A stretch of 32,000 nt of DNA from Haloquadratum walsbyi C23 (GCF_000237865.1 NC_017459.1:1320001-1352000); one strand, 5' to 3'; counted from the first letter of the stretch, positions 8,580 through 17,284 are shown. Translations and numbers: made by a program. Notes: a model not told the origin generated them from the sequence alone.

Positions 8580-9074
8580 ATGCCTTCCATTGAGTCGTTC
8601 CCGACGAAACGCGGCACAGCACGGTTCTCCGAGGATTACGTGTACTTTCAGGAGTCGTTTTCGGGGTACATTAACTCACTCTACCGAAACTACTGGCAGC
8701 GCGGAACGTGGTGGTCTAGTGCTGCCTTTGTCGGTCATTTGTTTGCATATCCAATCGGCATCTGGTGGGTAGTCAGCGCGGTTTACGATGGGAACTTTCT
8801 CCACATCGCTGCCCTTTGCGGGTTGATCCTCGTACTCTATGTAGTGAATTACGCACGTGGGTTCCGATCGCCAGACCGAATTCGACTTGATACAATCGAG
8901 CAGGTCTCTGCAACGGATGGTATAAAAGGGATAACACGTCCTCGACTCGTTATTAGATACACTGACGGGGGAACGACGTATAAACGCCGCGTAAACCTCC
9001 CATCACTTTACACGAGTGGTAGAGAGACAGTATACGAACAGGCACGGGAGTCGTTTACCGAGCGGGGCTTCTGA
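8580..9074 (+). CDS. Membrane protein (two predicted TM helices plus a soluble C-terminal domain)
   Basis: An internal ATG at 8580 lies 16 nt after the zinc-ribbon stop. Hydrophobic segments are WWSSAAFVGHLFAYPIGIWWVVSAV and FLHIAALCGLILVLYVV. Confidence 0.7.
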   Translation: MPSIESFPTKRGTARFSEDYVYFQESFSGYINSLYRNYWQRGTWWSSAAFVGHLFAYPIGIWWVVSAVYDGNFLHIAALCGLILVLYVVNYARGFRSPDRIRLDTIEQVSATDGIKGITRPRLVIRYTDGGTTYKRRVNLPSLYTSGRETVYEQARESFTERGF

Positions 9075-9108
9075 ACGGTGCTTTTGATTCGGCGAGGAGG
9101 GGACGGCA

Positions 9109-9190
9109 ATGCTGGATACGCGCATTTGATTCAGCAATCGGCGGATCATTCTAGTCTGTTGCTGATAGGTCGCCGAATGACCGATGCAGA
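9109..9190 (+). repeat. R-family intergenic repeat, copy R2
   Basis: ATGCTGGATACGCGCATTTGATTCAGCAATCGGCGGATCATT...ATGACCGATGCAGA aligns with R1 along its whole length. Confidence 0.8.
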
Positions 9191-9323
9191 GATTACACTC
9201 AGTAATCTCGATCCCTACTATGGGGATACCAGAACGTCAGCAGAGAGAAATTTCACGCTTGAGCTGGTGTCAACGAGTATCTCCCTATTTATCGGTATGA
9301 CCCGCTGGATTAGAATAACGCGA

Positions 9324-9941
9324 CTAGTTTTCGGTTATCCCCTGTACGATAGTGATCAGCCGCCCCCGGTTCCTAACTGCTAATTCAGTTCCAGCAAGCA
9401 CAGCAAGGACTCCTAGTGTCGCTGGGCCAAAGTAGATGAGCCAGAGGATGAGAAAGAATGTAGGAGTACCTTCGCCGCCAACGAAGAGAAACGCATAGAC
9501 GGTACCCCACGTCGTTGCAAATAGCCAGACCCCAGCGATACGAAACCGATAAGAGAGATACAGAATTGTGGCACCACCCCACTGCGTGATAAACAGCATT
9601 CCGACCCCAATCATGATTGGGAGAACGAATGGGAGATCTGATGGAAACTCAGCCGCGAACCGCCAGAAAAGTATTCGCACACCAGCCCAGAAGGATAGCA
9701 ATGCCACAGCGTAAATCAATCCACCTATGATAGCAATCCGGCGACGATTATCAGCTGCCCTGCCCTGCAACACAAACGCCGAGACCGCTGTGAGTGCCAC
9801 CACGGTTGCGATGAAAACAGTTAGCCCGAGACTCCCCAAAGCGAGATGTGGTTGAAGTTGCAGGGGCTGTAATGACGCCCCCAACGGAATCCCATCGATG
9901 GAGACGAATGCGATGTCCAGTCCCAGCCGAATAGTGGACAT
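9324..9941 (-). CDS. Polytopic integral membrane protein, unknown function
   Basis: This 205-aa ORF has an ATG start and multiple long hydrophobic segments throughout. Confidence 0.75.
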   Translation of the reverse strand: MSTIRLGLDIAFVSIDGIPLGASLQPLQLQPHLALGSLGLTVFIATVVALTAVSAFVLQGRAADNRRRIAIIGGLIYAVALLSFWAGVRILFWRFAAEFPSDLPFVLPIMIGVGMLFITQWGGATILYLSYRFRIAGVWLFATTWGTVYAFLFVGGEGTPTFFLILWLIYFGPATLGVLAVLAGTELAVRNRGRLITIVQGITEN

Positions 9942-10196
9942 ACAAAACGCCTACTCGCAACGACGTATCAATCTGGCTCGTCGTTGCACAGTAAGAGAAC
10001 CGATCTGTATCGCAAGAAACCGATCAAGAGGTTTGTACAATGCAAACATGACATACGCTATGGGAACGATATCCGCCCCCTGAATCGGATATACTCATAG
10101 TGCTTTTATTCAGTCCGTAATCATAGTCAAATTGAGATATATTATCAAGATCAAAACTCTCAGTACTGTATCCTGAACGAGGCGGTTCTAACTAGT

Positions 10197-10775
10197 TTAG
10201 GTCGTTAGTGGTGGGGCTACCGCCGCCTGGTTCAGGAAGGTTCCCACAATGAGAATGATGACCACAATCGACCGTGGAATCGTCACTCGCAGCTTCCGAG
10301 TAAAGTAGCCACGGACAGGAGGGGCTGCAAAGGCTGCCAACAGTACATATATGCTTGTCGTGCAGATGAGTCGAACTGGCTGTCCGGAAGCGCTTTCTGT
10401 TGCCACCCAAATCGCCAGAAGAATCAAAAAGCCGGCAGCGAACCACGATGCGAGCGGCCCAGTCGTCTCAATCCGTATTAACCGGGCTGTCTTGTGAATA
10501 TACCTAGCCCGTCGTTGCTGGGTGGTCTCAACCTGCTCGGCAGCATAGGCGAGCGGTCTGTCTCTTTCGCCGAAATCTTTCAGCGCCGACAGCAACACGA
10601 AGAATAACACAAACGAGAGTACTGTCCACATCACTTGGTCGGCGGGAGTAATCACATATCTGCTGCCCAAGTCCCCTTCCCCTGGGTCAGGAATGACAAC
10701 GAACCACAACAGCTCAACAGCAAGAAACAAACATGCAATTGTCCACCGAACGATCGGCTGCTCAAGTTTTCCCAC
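10197..10775 (-). CDS. Integral membrane protein, unknown function
   Basis: This 192-aa ORF has a GTG start at 10775 and about 4 hydrophobic segments separated by a charged loop (RRARYIHKTARLIR). Confidence 0.6.
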   Translation of the reverse strand: MGKLEQPIVRWTIACLFLAVELLWFVVIPDPGEGDLGSRYVITPADQVMWTVLSFVLFFVLLSALKDFGERDRPLAYAAEQVETTQQRRARYIHKTARLIRIETTGPLASWFAAGFLILLAIWVATESASGQPVRLICTTSIYVLLAAFAAPPVRGYFTRKLRVTIPRSIVVIILIVGTFLNQAAVAPPLTT

Positions 10776-11022
10776 GCTTGGCAGTAAATCGGCTCTGAGC
10801 TGAATAAATTCACTGTGTCGAGATGGTTCAGTTCTGGCAGAACAGCACTCCCAAAATCGACCTTTTTTATACTATATCTTCCCAAAACTATGCTGACTCT
10901 TTCTCTGGGAGCTTTCAGTATATAAAGAACCGTCCGTTTGTGAACAGGAGAGTTTCACCAATTCATAAAAAATGTGAAATGAGTACATAAACAGACTTTC
11001 AGATAAGACTAGATATCGAATG

Positions 11023-11790
11023 AATCCTTGTTGATATCTTCATACTCTCACGCAGAATATGATATCTGTCCTGTGCGAAAACTACAGTTGCTTGAAATCT
11101 GTCTGTTTGTCGTAGTATGGGGAACCCTTCTTATGACGAAGAACATTCAACTCAGTCATACTCCTCAGGACTCGTTTGATTGTTTCCTCACTCGGGATCT
11201 CATCATATCCATCTTGATATAATCGGGACTTAATATCTGAGACTGTGAACTCTGTCTTCGATTCATCCACGACACTGCTCCATACTCTATCACGAGGGGT
11301 GACAGGACTATTGTTATCATTCGGCTGAACAGGACTACTCATATGTTGTTCTATGGGGACACAGACACATATATGATGTCGTAGCAGCGTGGTAACATTC
11401 CCCAAGAATGGATCAATTACAGCAGCACTGTCACAGATGCGCGGGCTCAATCCCACTCGCATTGTGATTAACGCAGACTCTGGTGAATAGTGCTCTTCAG
11501 AGAACAGACAGCAGAGAACAGAGATCGATCTTCCCAGGAGAGAATGTCATCAAATGGGAGTAAACGGATTATATCAATTACTCCAATTAATTGTAGACAG
11601 ACTGCGAGTTAGGATATTGATGAATCTCGACTCCAGTTCAGAGTACTCAACTGTGGAATTGACAGAGCCGAGTTTCGAGTAGTCTCTCAGTGAGAACCCG
11701 AAACCAGACACCTGATATTGACGCTTAATTTTGCATTGTGTTGAATGACTCACAACCTCGTCTGAATTGTTGACATGCTTCTGGTAAAAT
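11023..11790. repeat. Segmental repeat copy A (small wHTH gene plus ~450 nt of conserved non-coding sequence)
   Basis: It is collinear with 12371..13135 at a constant offset of 1348 nt. I counted about 20 mismatches by eye over ~710 nt (11023..11733). Similarity is weaker to ~11790. Confidence 0.9.
11082..11342 (-). CDS. Small winged-helix-like DNA-binding protein (86 aa), paralogue 1
   Basis: MSSPVQPNDNNSPVTPRDRVWSSVVDESKTEFTVSDIKSRLYQDGYDEIPSEETIKRVLRSMTELNVLRHKKGSPYY has a helix-turn-helix-plus-wing pattern. Most substitutions against copy B in this core are synonymous. The track ORF extends to ATG 11462 with a Cys/His-rich, non-acidic extension. Confidence 0.6.
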   Translation of the reverse strand: MSSPVQPNDNNSPVTPRDRVWSSVVDESKTEFTVSDIKSRLYQDGYDEIPSEETIKRVLRSMTELNVLRHKKGSPYYDKQTDFKQL

Positions 11791-11925
11791 ACTCTTCTCA
11801 CTCCTGCGGACCGACAACGCATCCTGGGATATCCCTCTCCCGCTCCCGAAAATCAGTGATACTGTCGTGTCTCATATCCAGAAACTGAGAATAGAATTCT
11901 TCTTATTCTGCAAAGATATTCGAAT

Positions 11926-12291
11926 ATGAATCGACGAAAGTTCCTCGCTGCAATTGGGTTGTGCTCTCTCGGTGGATGTTTATCAAGACCTGAGCAGTTC
12001 CTGCTCAGAAATTCTGACTTTACTCTTATCAATAGCCGTGACAGCCTGGTGAGAGGTTCTGCTCGAATCACAGAGAAAAATGGAAATACAATTGCTCAGA
12101 AAACATTCCTCCTCGAGAGTGGTGAAACAACTACATTGACAGCAATGTTACAAACTGTCGAAGGTTTCTTGATATCCGTTGAGGTAAATCGCCCACAGCA
12201 AAAGACATATGAATCGAAAATCACCGAAAAATCTGATATGTATGAAATAGAGATCCGGTCAAATGATATCGCTGTGGTAATTCTCACGTGA
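11926..12291 (+). CDS. Small Tat-type lipoprotein
   Basis: MNRRKFLAAIGLCSLGGC carries a twin-arginine motif followed by the lipobox LGGC. The gene lies between repeat copies A and B. Confidence 0.75.
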   Translation: MNRRKFLAAIGLCSLGGCLSRPEQFLLRNSDFTLINSRDSLVRGSARITEKNGNTIAQKTFLLESGETTTLTAMLQTVEGFLISVEVNRPQQKTYESKITEKSDMYEIEIRSNDIAVVILT

Positions 12292-12370
12292 TACTACTCA
12301 AGTGAGCACACAATGTAGAGTGAGCGACACGCTAGTCATCGGGTCATCAGGTTACGTTGTTGTCTCTTGA

Positions 12371-13135
12371 AATCCTTGTTGATATCTTCATACTCTCACG
12401 CAGAGTATGATATCTGTCCTAGGCGAAGACTACAGTTGCTTGAAATCTGTCTGTTTGTCGTAGTATGGGGAACCCTTCTTATGACGAAGAATATTCAACT
12501 CAGTCATACTCCTCAGGACTCGTTTAATTGTTTCCTCACTCGGAATCTCATCATATCCATCTTGATATAATCGGGACTTAATATCTGAGACTGTGAACTC
12601 TGTCTTCGATTCATCCACGACACTGCTCCATACTCTATCACGAGGAGTGACAGGACTATTGTTATTATCCGGCTGGACAGGACTACTCATATGTTGTTCT
12701 ATGGGGACACAGACACATATATGATGTCGTAGCAGCGTGATAACATTCCCCAAGAATGGATCAATTACAGCAGCACTGTCACAGATGCGCGGGCTCAATC
12801 CCACTCGCATTGTGATTAACGCAGACTCTGGTGAATAGTGCTCTTCAGAGAACAGACAGCAGAGAACAGAGATCGATTTTCTCGGGAGAGAATGTCATCA
12901 AATGGGAGTAAGCGGACTATATCAATTACTCCAATTAATTATAGATAGACTGCGAGTTAGGATATTGATGAATCTCGACTCCAGTTCAGAGTACTCAACT
13001 GTGGAATTGACAGAGCCGAGTTTCGAGTAGTCTCTCAGTGAGAACCCGAAACCAGACACCTGATATTGACGCTTAATTTTGGACTGTGTCCATTGAATCA
13101 CAACTTCGTCTTAATGATTCACATATGGCTTATTG
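12371..13135. repeat. Segmental repeat copy B
   Basis: See copy A. The offset is 1348 nt and the orientation is the same. Confidence 0.9.
12430..12690 (-). CDS. Small winged-helix-like DNA-binding protein (86 aa), paralogue 2
   Basis: It is nearly identical to 11082..11342. The differences are ND to DN and V to I, plus four synonymous changes. Confidence 0.6.
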   Translation of the reverse strand: MSSPVQPDNNNSPVTPRDRVWSSVVDESKTEFTVSDIKSRLYQDGYDEIPSEETIKRVLRSMTELNILRHKKGSPYYDKQTDFKQL

Positions 13136-13190
13136 AAACACGTTCGCTATCACTGTTGTCAAGAAAACAACTATACTTGAACGATCACAA

Positions 13191-14567
13191 TTAGTCATCG
13201 TCTTCTGCAATAGGATCGCCCATCACGCTCGGCGTCCCTGAGTCGCCGTTCTCTGGAAGCACAGCATTTAGAACAAGTGCCGTGACACCGCCCATGATGA
13301 GCCCCGAGGTGGCGAGAACTTGTGCCTCTGACGGAAGTTGTGCAAGCGCATCAGAGCGCCACTCGACACCAACGCCTATGACAAGCGAGACTGCGATAAT
13401 AGTGAGGTTGCGCTGGGTGAGTGTTGCACCCTGCGCAATCATACGAAGCCCGATAGAGATAATCATGCCGAACAGGACGACACCTGCACCACCCAGAACA
13501 GGGTTCGGCATTGCGCTCACAACAGCCGCGACCTTTGGGACGAGACCAAGCACAATGAGAAACACGCCTGCAATGCCAACGACAGATCGACTCGCGACGC
13601 CTGTGAAACTAATGAGACCGACGTTTTGACTAAACGATGTATTCGGGAATGCATTGAAAACACCTGCGACCGCGCTCATCACACCGTCTGCAACCAATCC
13701 ACCCTGTGTTTCCTCAGTTCTCGGTTGCCGACCCACCGATTCGGTAGTGCCGGAGATATCACCGATGGTCTCCATTGAAGTGATAATGTACGCGAACCCA
13801 ATAATTAAGATAGCACTGGGTTCAAATGATAGACCATATGCAAGCGGTCTTGGGAAAGAGAACCATGCCGCGCTTCCGACGGCAGACAAATCAAGCAGAC
13901 CGAGCGGAATCGCGGCAAGATATCCGATGATAACGGCGACGAGCACTGCCGCCGAGCGCATGAAGCCGTCGAAGAGTTGGTTCACGCCAAGTGCAACAGC
14001 AAAGACAAGTGCGGCTAATCCAAGATTTCTGAGACTACCGAATGTGTCCGTCCCAGGCGTGCCAGCAGAGTATTGAAGAGCGATTGGAATGAGTGTGAGT
14101 CCAACGAGCATGACGACGATGCCTGTGACGAGCGGTGGAAATAATCTCTCGATATCGTCAAAAACGTAGCCGATAAGCACCTCAATTGGTGCGGCAATAA
14201 TAACAGCACCAAAGATTGCTGCCAGTCCGAATTCAGTCCCGACGCTAATCAATGGCGAAACAAAGATTGCACTTGTTCCCATGACAATAGGGAGGCGAGC
14301 ACCGATTGGTCCAATCTGGTAGACTTGGACAAGCGTTGCAACACCAGCCACAAGCAGTGCCATCTGCACGATGTATGTCGTGTCAGAATTACCGAGACCA
14401 ATGGCACTTGCAATCACAAGCGGCAGTGCAACTGTCGAGAGAAACATCGCAAGTAGATGCTGGACACCCAGCGGGAGCGCCTTCGAAAATTCCGGTGTGT
14501 CTTCAATGCCATACTCAACCAGATCTTCGTTTTTAATTGAATCTTGAGCTGTGTTACCGTCTGACAT
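13191..14567 (-). CDS. Nucleobase:cation symporter-2 (NCS2; xanthine/uracil permease family) transporter
   Basis: This 458-aa polytopic protein contains MPNPVLGGAGVVLFGMIISIG. That matches the xanthine/uracil permease signature [LIVM]-P-x-[PASIF]-V-[LIVM]-G-G-x4-[LIVM]-[FY]-[GSA]-x-[LIVM]-x3-G as I recall it. Confidence 0.9.
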   Translation of the reverse strand: MSDGNTAQDSIKNEDLVEYGIEDTPEFSKALPLGVQHLLAMFLSTVALPLVIASAIGLGNSDTTYIVQMALLVAGVATLVQVYQIGPIGARLPIVMGTSAIFVSPLISVGTEFGLAAIFGAVIIAAPIEVLIGYVFDDIERLFPPLVTGIVVMLVGLTLIPIALQYSAGTPGTDTFGSLRNLGLAALVFAVALGVNQLFDGFMRSAAVLVAVIIGYLAAIPLGLLDLSAVGSAAWFSFPRPLAYGLSFEPSAILIIGFAYIITSMETIGDISGTTESVGRQPRTEETQGGLVADGVMSAVAGVFNAFPNTSFSQNVGLISFTGVASRSVVGIAGVFLIVLGLVPKVAAVVSAMPNPVLGGAGVVLFGMIISIGLRMIAQGATLTQRNLTIIAVSLVIGVGVEWRSDALAQLPSEAQVLATSGLIMGGVTALVLNAVLPENGDSGTPSVMGDPIAEDDD

Positions 14568-15005
14568 TTATCCACACTCATGTTTACGTTCTGTTAAATA
14601 TTAGGATGGTGTCGTATAGATGCCCTACATGATGTGGCGATAAGTGAGGCATTTGAGAGGAATCATAAGAAAATATTAAGATATTGAAATAGGAACCAGG
14701 AGTTTCTTATTTGTATATGATCAGTACATATATTCCGATTGCCACTTTTCATAAGAAGATGCCAGTGATTGATTCGATTGATGATACAGAAAAGCAGTCA
14801 GCCATCGTCTGTTTCAGATCGATCCGAACGAATTAGCCGGTCAACAGAACTGCAAATTAGGTACGGCACCACCTCGTAATGGTGGAATCAAGTGTGATGG
14901 AGAGGCTGTGACAGCCCTGTTTGCTTCGCTACGTGTTAGAGAATAGATTTCACAGCCAGAAACACTGCCGCCTGTCTTATTAGCAAACACTTTCTGGAAA
15001 CGGGT

Positions 15006-15731
15006 ATGGAAACGCAGACCAGTCCATCCGGGCTGGGTTCGAAAGCACAGGAGGTATTTCGGAGCGTTGCCGGTGCCACAGCACTCGCAGCCCTAGGCGT
15101 CGTTGCTGGATTTGTATCAGTGCTCGTTATCGATCCACTGTTTGTTATCCTCGAAACCGGATGGGTCCTGTTTGGAGGATTACTGCGGAACTATATTGTT
15201 CAACCGGGATTCGGACTCGTCGCGGCCGGGTACGTTTGGTGGTGTGACGACTACAACCCGCTGGACCGGATTCAGGTTCCCTCATCCGAGGGAGTCGCGT
15301 GGATTGTCCTTGGAGCGGTCGGGTACGAACTGGCAGTGCGTGTAGTGACACCAATCCTCCCTCTGCTCGGACTGAGCCACGGTGGACATAGTGGTCAAAT
15401 GACACCGACGTGGCGGGTATTCTTCGACCACCCCGAGATCATCGTTCCAGGACTGGTGATCATGTTCGTGCTCATGGCACCGATGGAAGAACTCCTCTAC
15501 CGAGGAGTGATTCACAATGCGCTCGAACCGGCACTCGGGTCGCTTGGGCGGGTACTGGTCGGCGGATTTCTGTTTGGCGGGATGCATATTTTCCTTTCAG
15601 GTGGACTTGTGTCACTACTGTTCACGAGCATCTTCGGCGTTCTTGCAGCCGCTGGCTACGAGCGGACAGAAAACTTGACTGTGCCGATTATGGCGCACGC
15701 AGGCCACTGGCTCATGTTCACTTCGTTCTAA
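15006..15731 (+). CDS. CPBP-family (CAAX/Abi-type) intramembrane glutamic protease
   Basis: Motifs are MEELLYRG (EExxxR), FGGMH (FxxxH) and MAHAGHW, in a multi-TM 241-aa protein. Confidence 0.85.
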   Translation: METQTSPSGLGSKAQEVFRSVAGATALAALGVVAGFVSVLVIDPLFVILETGWVLFGGLLRNYIVQPGFGLVAAGYVWWCDDYNPLDRIQVPSSEGVAWIVLGAVGYELAVRVVTPILPLLGLSHGGHSGQMTPTWRVFFDHPEIIVPGLVIMFVLMAPMEELLYRGVIHNALEPALGSLGRVLVGGFLFGGMHIFLSGGLVSLLFTSIFGVLAAAGYERTENLTVPIMAHAGHWLMFTSF

Positions 15732-15865
15732 TCCATTTTCATGATGGGTGCAACTCTGACCTGTGCTGGCTGAATCAGACAACTCTGGTTCTCAGTTTGC
15801 GACGTGCGACATACGCGCTGTCTATTCAGCAGCCACGTTGAGAAATGAGAGATATGTGACTTGCG

Positions 15866-16145
15866 TTATCGGTGGTGAACCTGCCGGAGCGCGTCAACTG
15901 TCGCCTTGCCTGAGATGCGTATGTACTTCTGTGCCGTTGTTAAATCGTTCTAGCTCATCAGTGCTTGGAGCGGAACCGGTGCGACCCCCTGATATGTGTG
16001 ATAGCTGGCTGCAGTCGCTCGGAGAGCGTGCGGATACACTCGACCGTCGATGTCTGCAGCCTCGACGGCGGCCGTCACTCATCTGTTCACAGCACTGCGT
16101 GACCGTGGAAATGCTTCGCACTGGTCGGTGAACCGTTCCAGACAC
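15866..16145 (-). pseudogene. C-terminal remnant of a tyrosine recombinase (phage-type integrase), with a frameshift and an in-frame TAG
   Basis: The minus-strand reading is VTAAVEAADIDGRVYPHALRATAASYHTYQGVAPVPLQALMS*NDLTTAQKYIRISGKATVDALRQVHHR*. It contains HxLR, the LxxLMG region and the catalytic-Tyr context. The TAG is at 15952..15950. An upstream segment (..RPVRSISTVTQCCEQM) is in another frame, implying a 1-nt indel near 16079. The N-terminal two-thirds are missing. Confidence 0.75.
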
Positions 16146-16152
16146 AGTTCCA

Positions 16153-16415
16153 ACAGAGAACAGAGATCGATTTTCTCAGGAGAGAATGTCATCAAATGTG
16201 AGTAGACGGACTCTATCAATTACCCCAATTAATTATAGATAGACTGCGAGTGAGGATATTGATGAATCTCGACTCCAGTTCAGAATACTCAACTGTGGAA
16301 TTGATAGAGTCTCGAGTAGTCTCTCAGTGAGAACCCGAAACCAGACACCTGATATTGACGCTTAATTTTGGATTGTGTATATAAAATCCAAACCTCGTCT
16401 GAACGGTTTTATACT
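16153..16415. repeat. Non-coding element copy C (homologous to 11505..11790 and 12853..13135)
   Basis: ACAGAGAACAGAGATCGATTTTCTCAGGAGAGAATGTCATCAAATG...GAGAACCCGAAACCAGACACCTGATATTGACGCTTAATTTTGG aligns with copies A and B. It carries a small deletion (GCCGAGTT region). Confidence 0.85.
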
Positions 16416-16562
16416 TCTATCGTATCTCATGTTAATTGACAATACGGAGTTATTCCCACGTGAGACGGCTTCTCACGGCAGGAATAAGAGTATACAATTA
16501 TTTAGTTAAATTGAAATGAAGATGTGCGTGTCAAGATCATCTCAACGCCAGTCCCGATACCA

Positions 16563-17246
16563 ATGAGGAGTCGCCGAACGGCACTTATTGGGGTCGGAAG
16601 CCTGCTCGCGGGTGTTGGCGGATTGCTTGGAACAACCGCGTTCAGTAGCGTCGAGGCTAACCGGACAGCATCAGTCTAGGTGGCAGGCGACGACAATGCA
16701 CTGCTGGGAATTGAGCCCGTAGATGGAGTTGATCGACATGTTGAGATCGCCAACGGAACGATCACAATCGATTTTGAGGGAATCAATCAGAACGCAGTCA
16801 CGGTGTTCGATCGTCTTTTTAAGATCACAAACAACGGAAACGACACTATAACTGTCGGATTTAATGATACCCTTGTCGTTGAGAGGGACACGACATACGA
16901 AAAGAATCCAACCGGAACTGGGTGGGCATACACCGGAGACAGCAAGGGATATCTGATTCTTTGGGGACCATATCAAGAGCCTATTCCAGCGGATGACCGG
17001 ATTGGGATTGACACAGGCACCCTCACCACAACCGGATTCACGGGTTCAGACGGGAGCGGGCTCGTTGATGACGGCTTTAAATATGAGTATGAACTCGAGG
17101 AGAACCGGACCGCCGATCCAGGCGAGAGTCTCTTTATTGGCGGGACCGTTGACACACGGACCGATGTACTGAGTAAGCCTGATGATCTTCCCACTGATCT
17201 CGACAACACGTTTACTCTCGTCGCTGAACAGTACGAATCAAACTAA
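16563..17246 (+). pseudogene. Secreted protein (resembles the archaeal DUF1102-type family) interrupted by an in-frame TAG between the signal peptide and the mature part
   Basis: ATG 16563 gives MRSRRTALIGVGSLLAGVGGLLGTTAFSSVEANRTASV, then TAG (16677..16679), then VAGDDNALLGIEPVDG... in the same frame. The track ORF is only the downstream part, from GTG 16680. Confidence 0.6.
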
Positions 17247-17284
17247 CGTCGGGACTATTGGAAGAAGCCTCCTGACGCTCTGCT

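Noticed and set aside
9078-9383. 101-aa plus-strand ORF.
   Set aside because: It is built largely from repeat R2. The equivalent frame has stop codons in R1 and R3. It also overlaps the 3' end of the convergent membrane-protein gene.
11574-11822. 82-aa minus-strand ORF inside repeat copy A.
   Set aside because: The corresponding frame is interrupted in copies B and C despite high nucleotide identity, and the composition is not haloarchaeal-like. The region is treated as non-coding.
13282-14536. Several ORFs of 65-146 aa (13282..13629, 13338..13778, 13654..14076, 14306..14536 on the plus strand; 14015..14212 on the minus strand).
   Set aside because: All lie inside the NCS2 permease gene, either antisense or, for 14015..14212, in another minus-strand frame. 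They have Arg/Ser/Thr/Cys-rich, non-acidic compositions. They are shadow ORFs of a gene with a clear family signature.
15763-16145. Track ORFs 15763..16131 (+) and 15894..16145 (-) as genes.
   Set aside because: Both are Arg/Cys/Ser-rich. The segment is better explained by the frameshifted tyrosine-recombinase remnant read on the minus strand.
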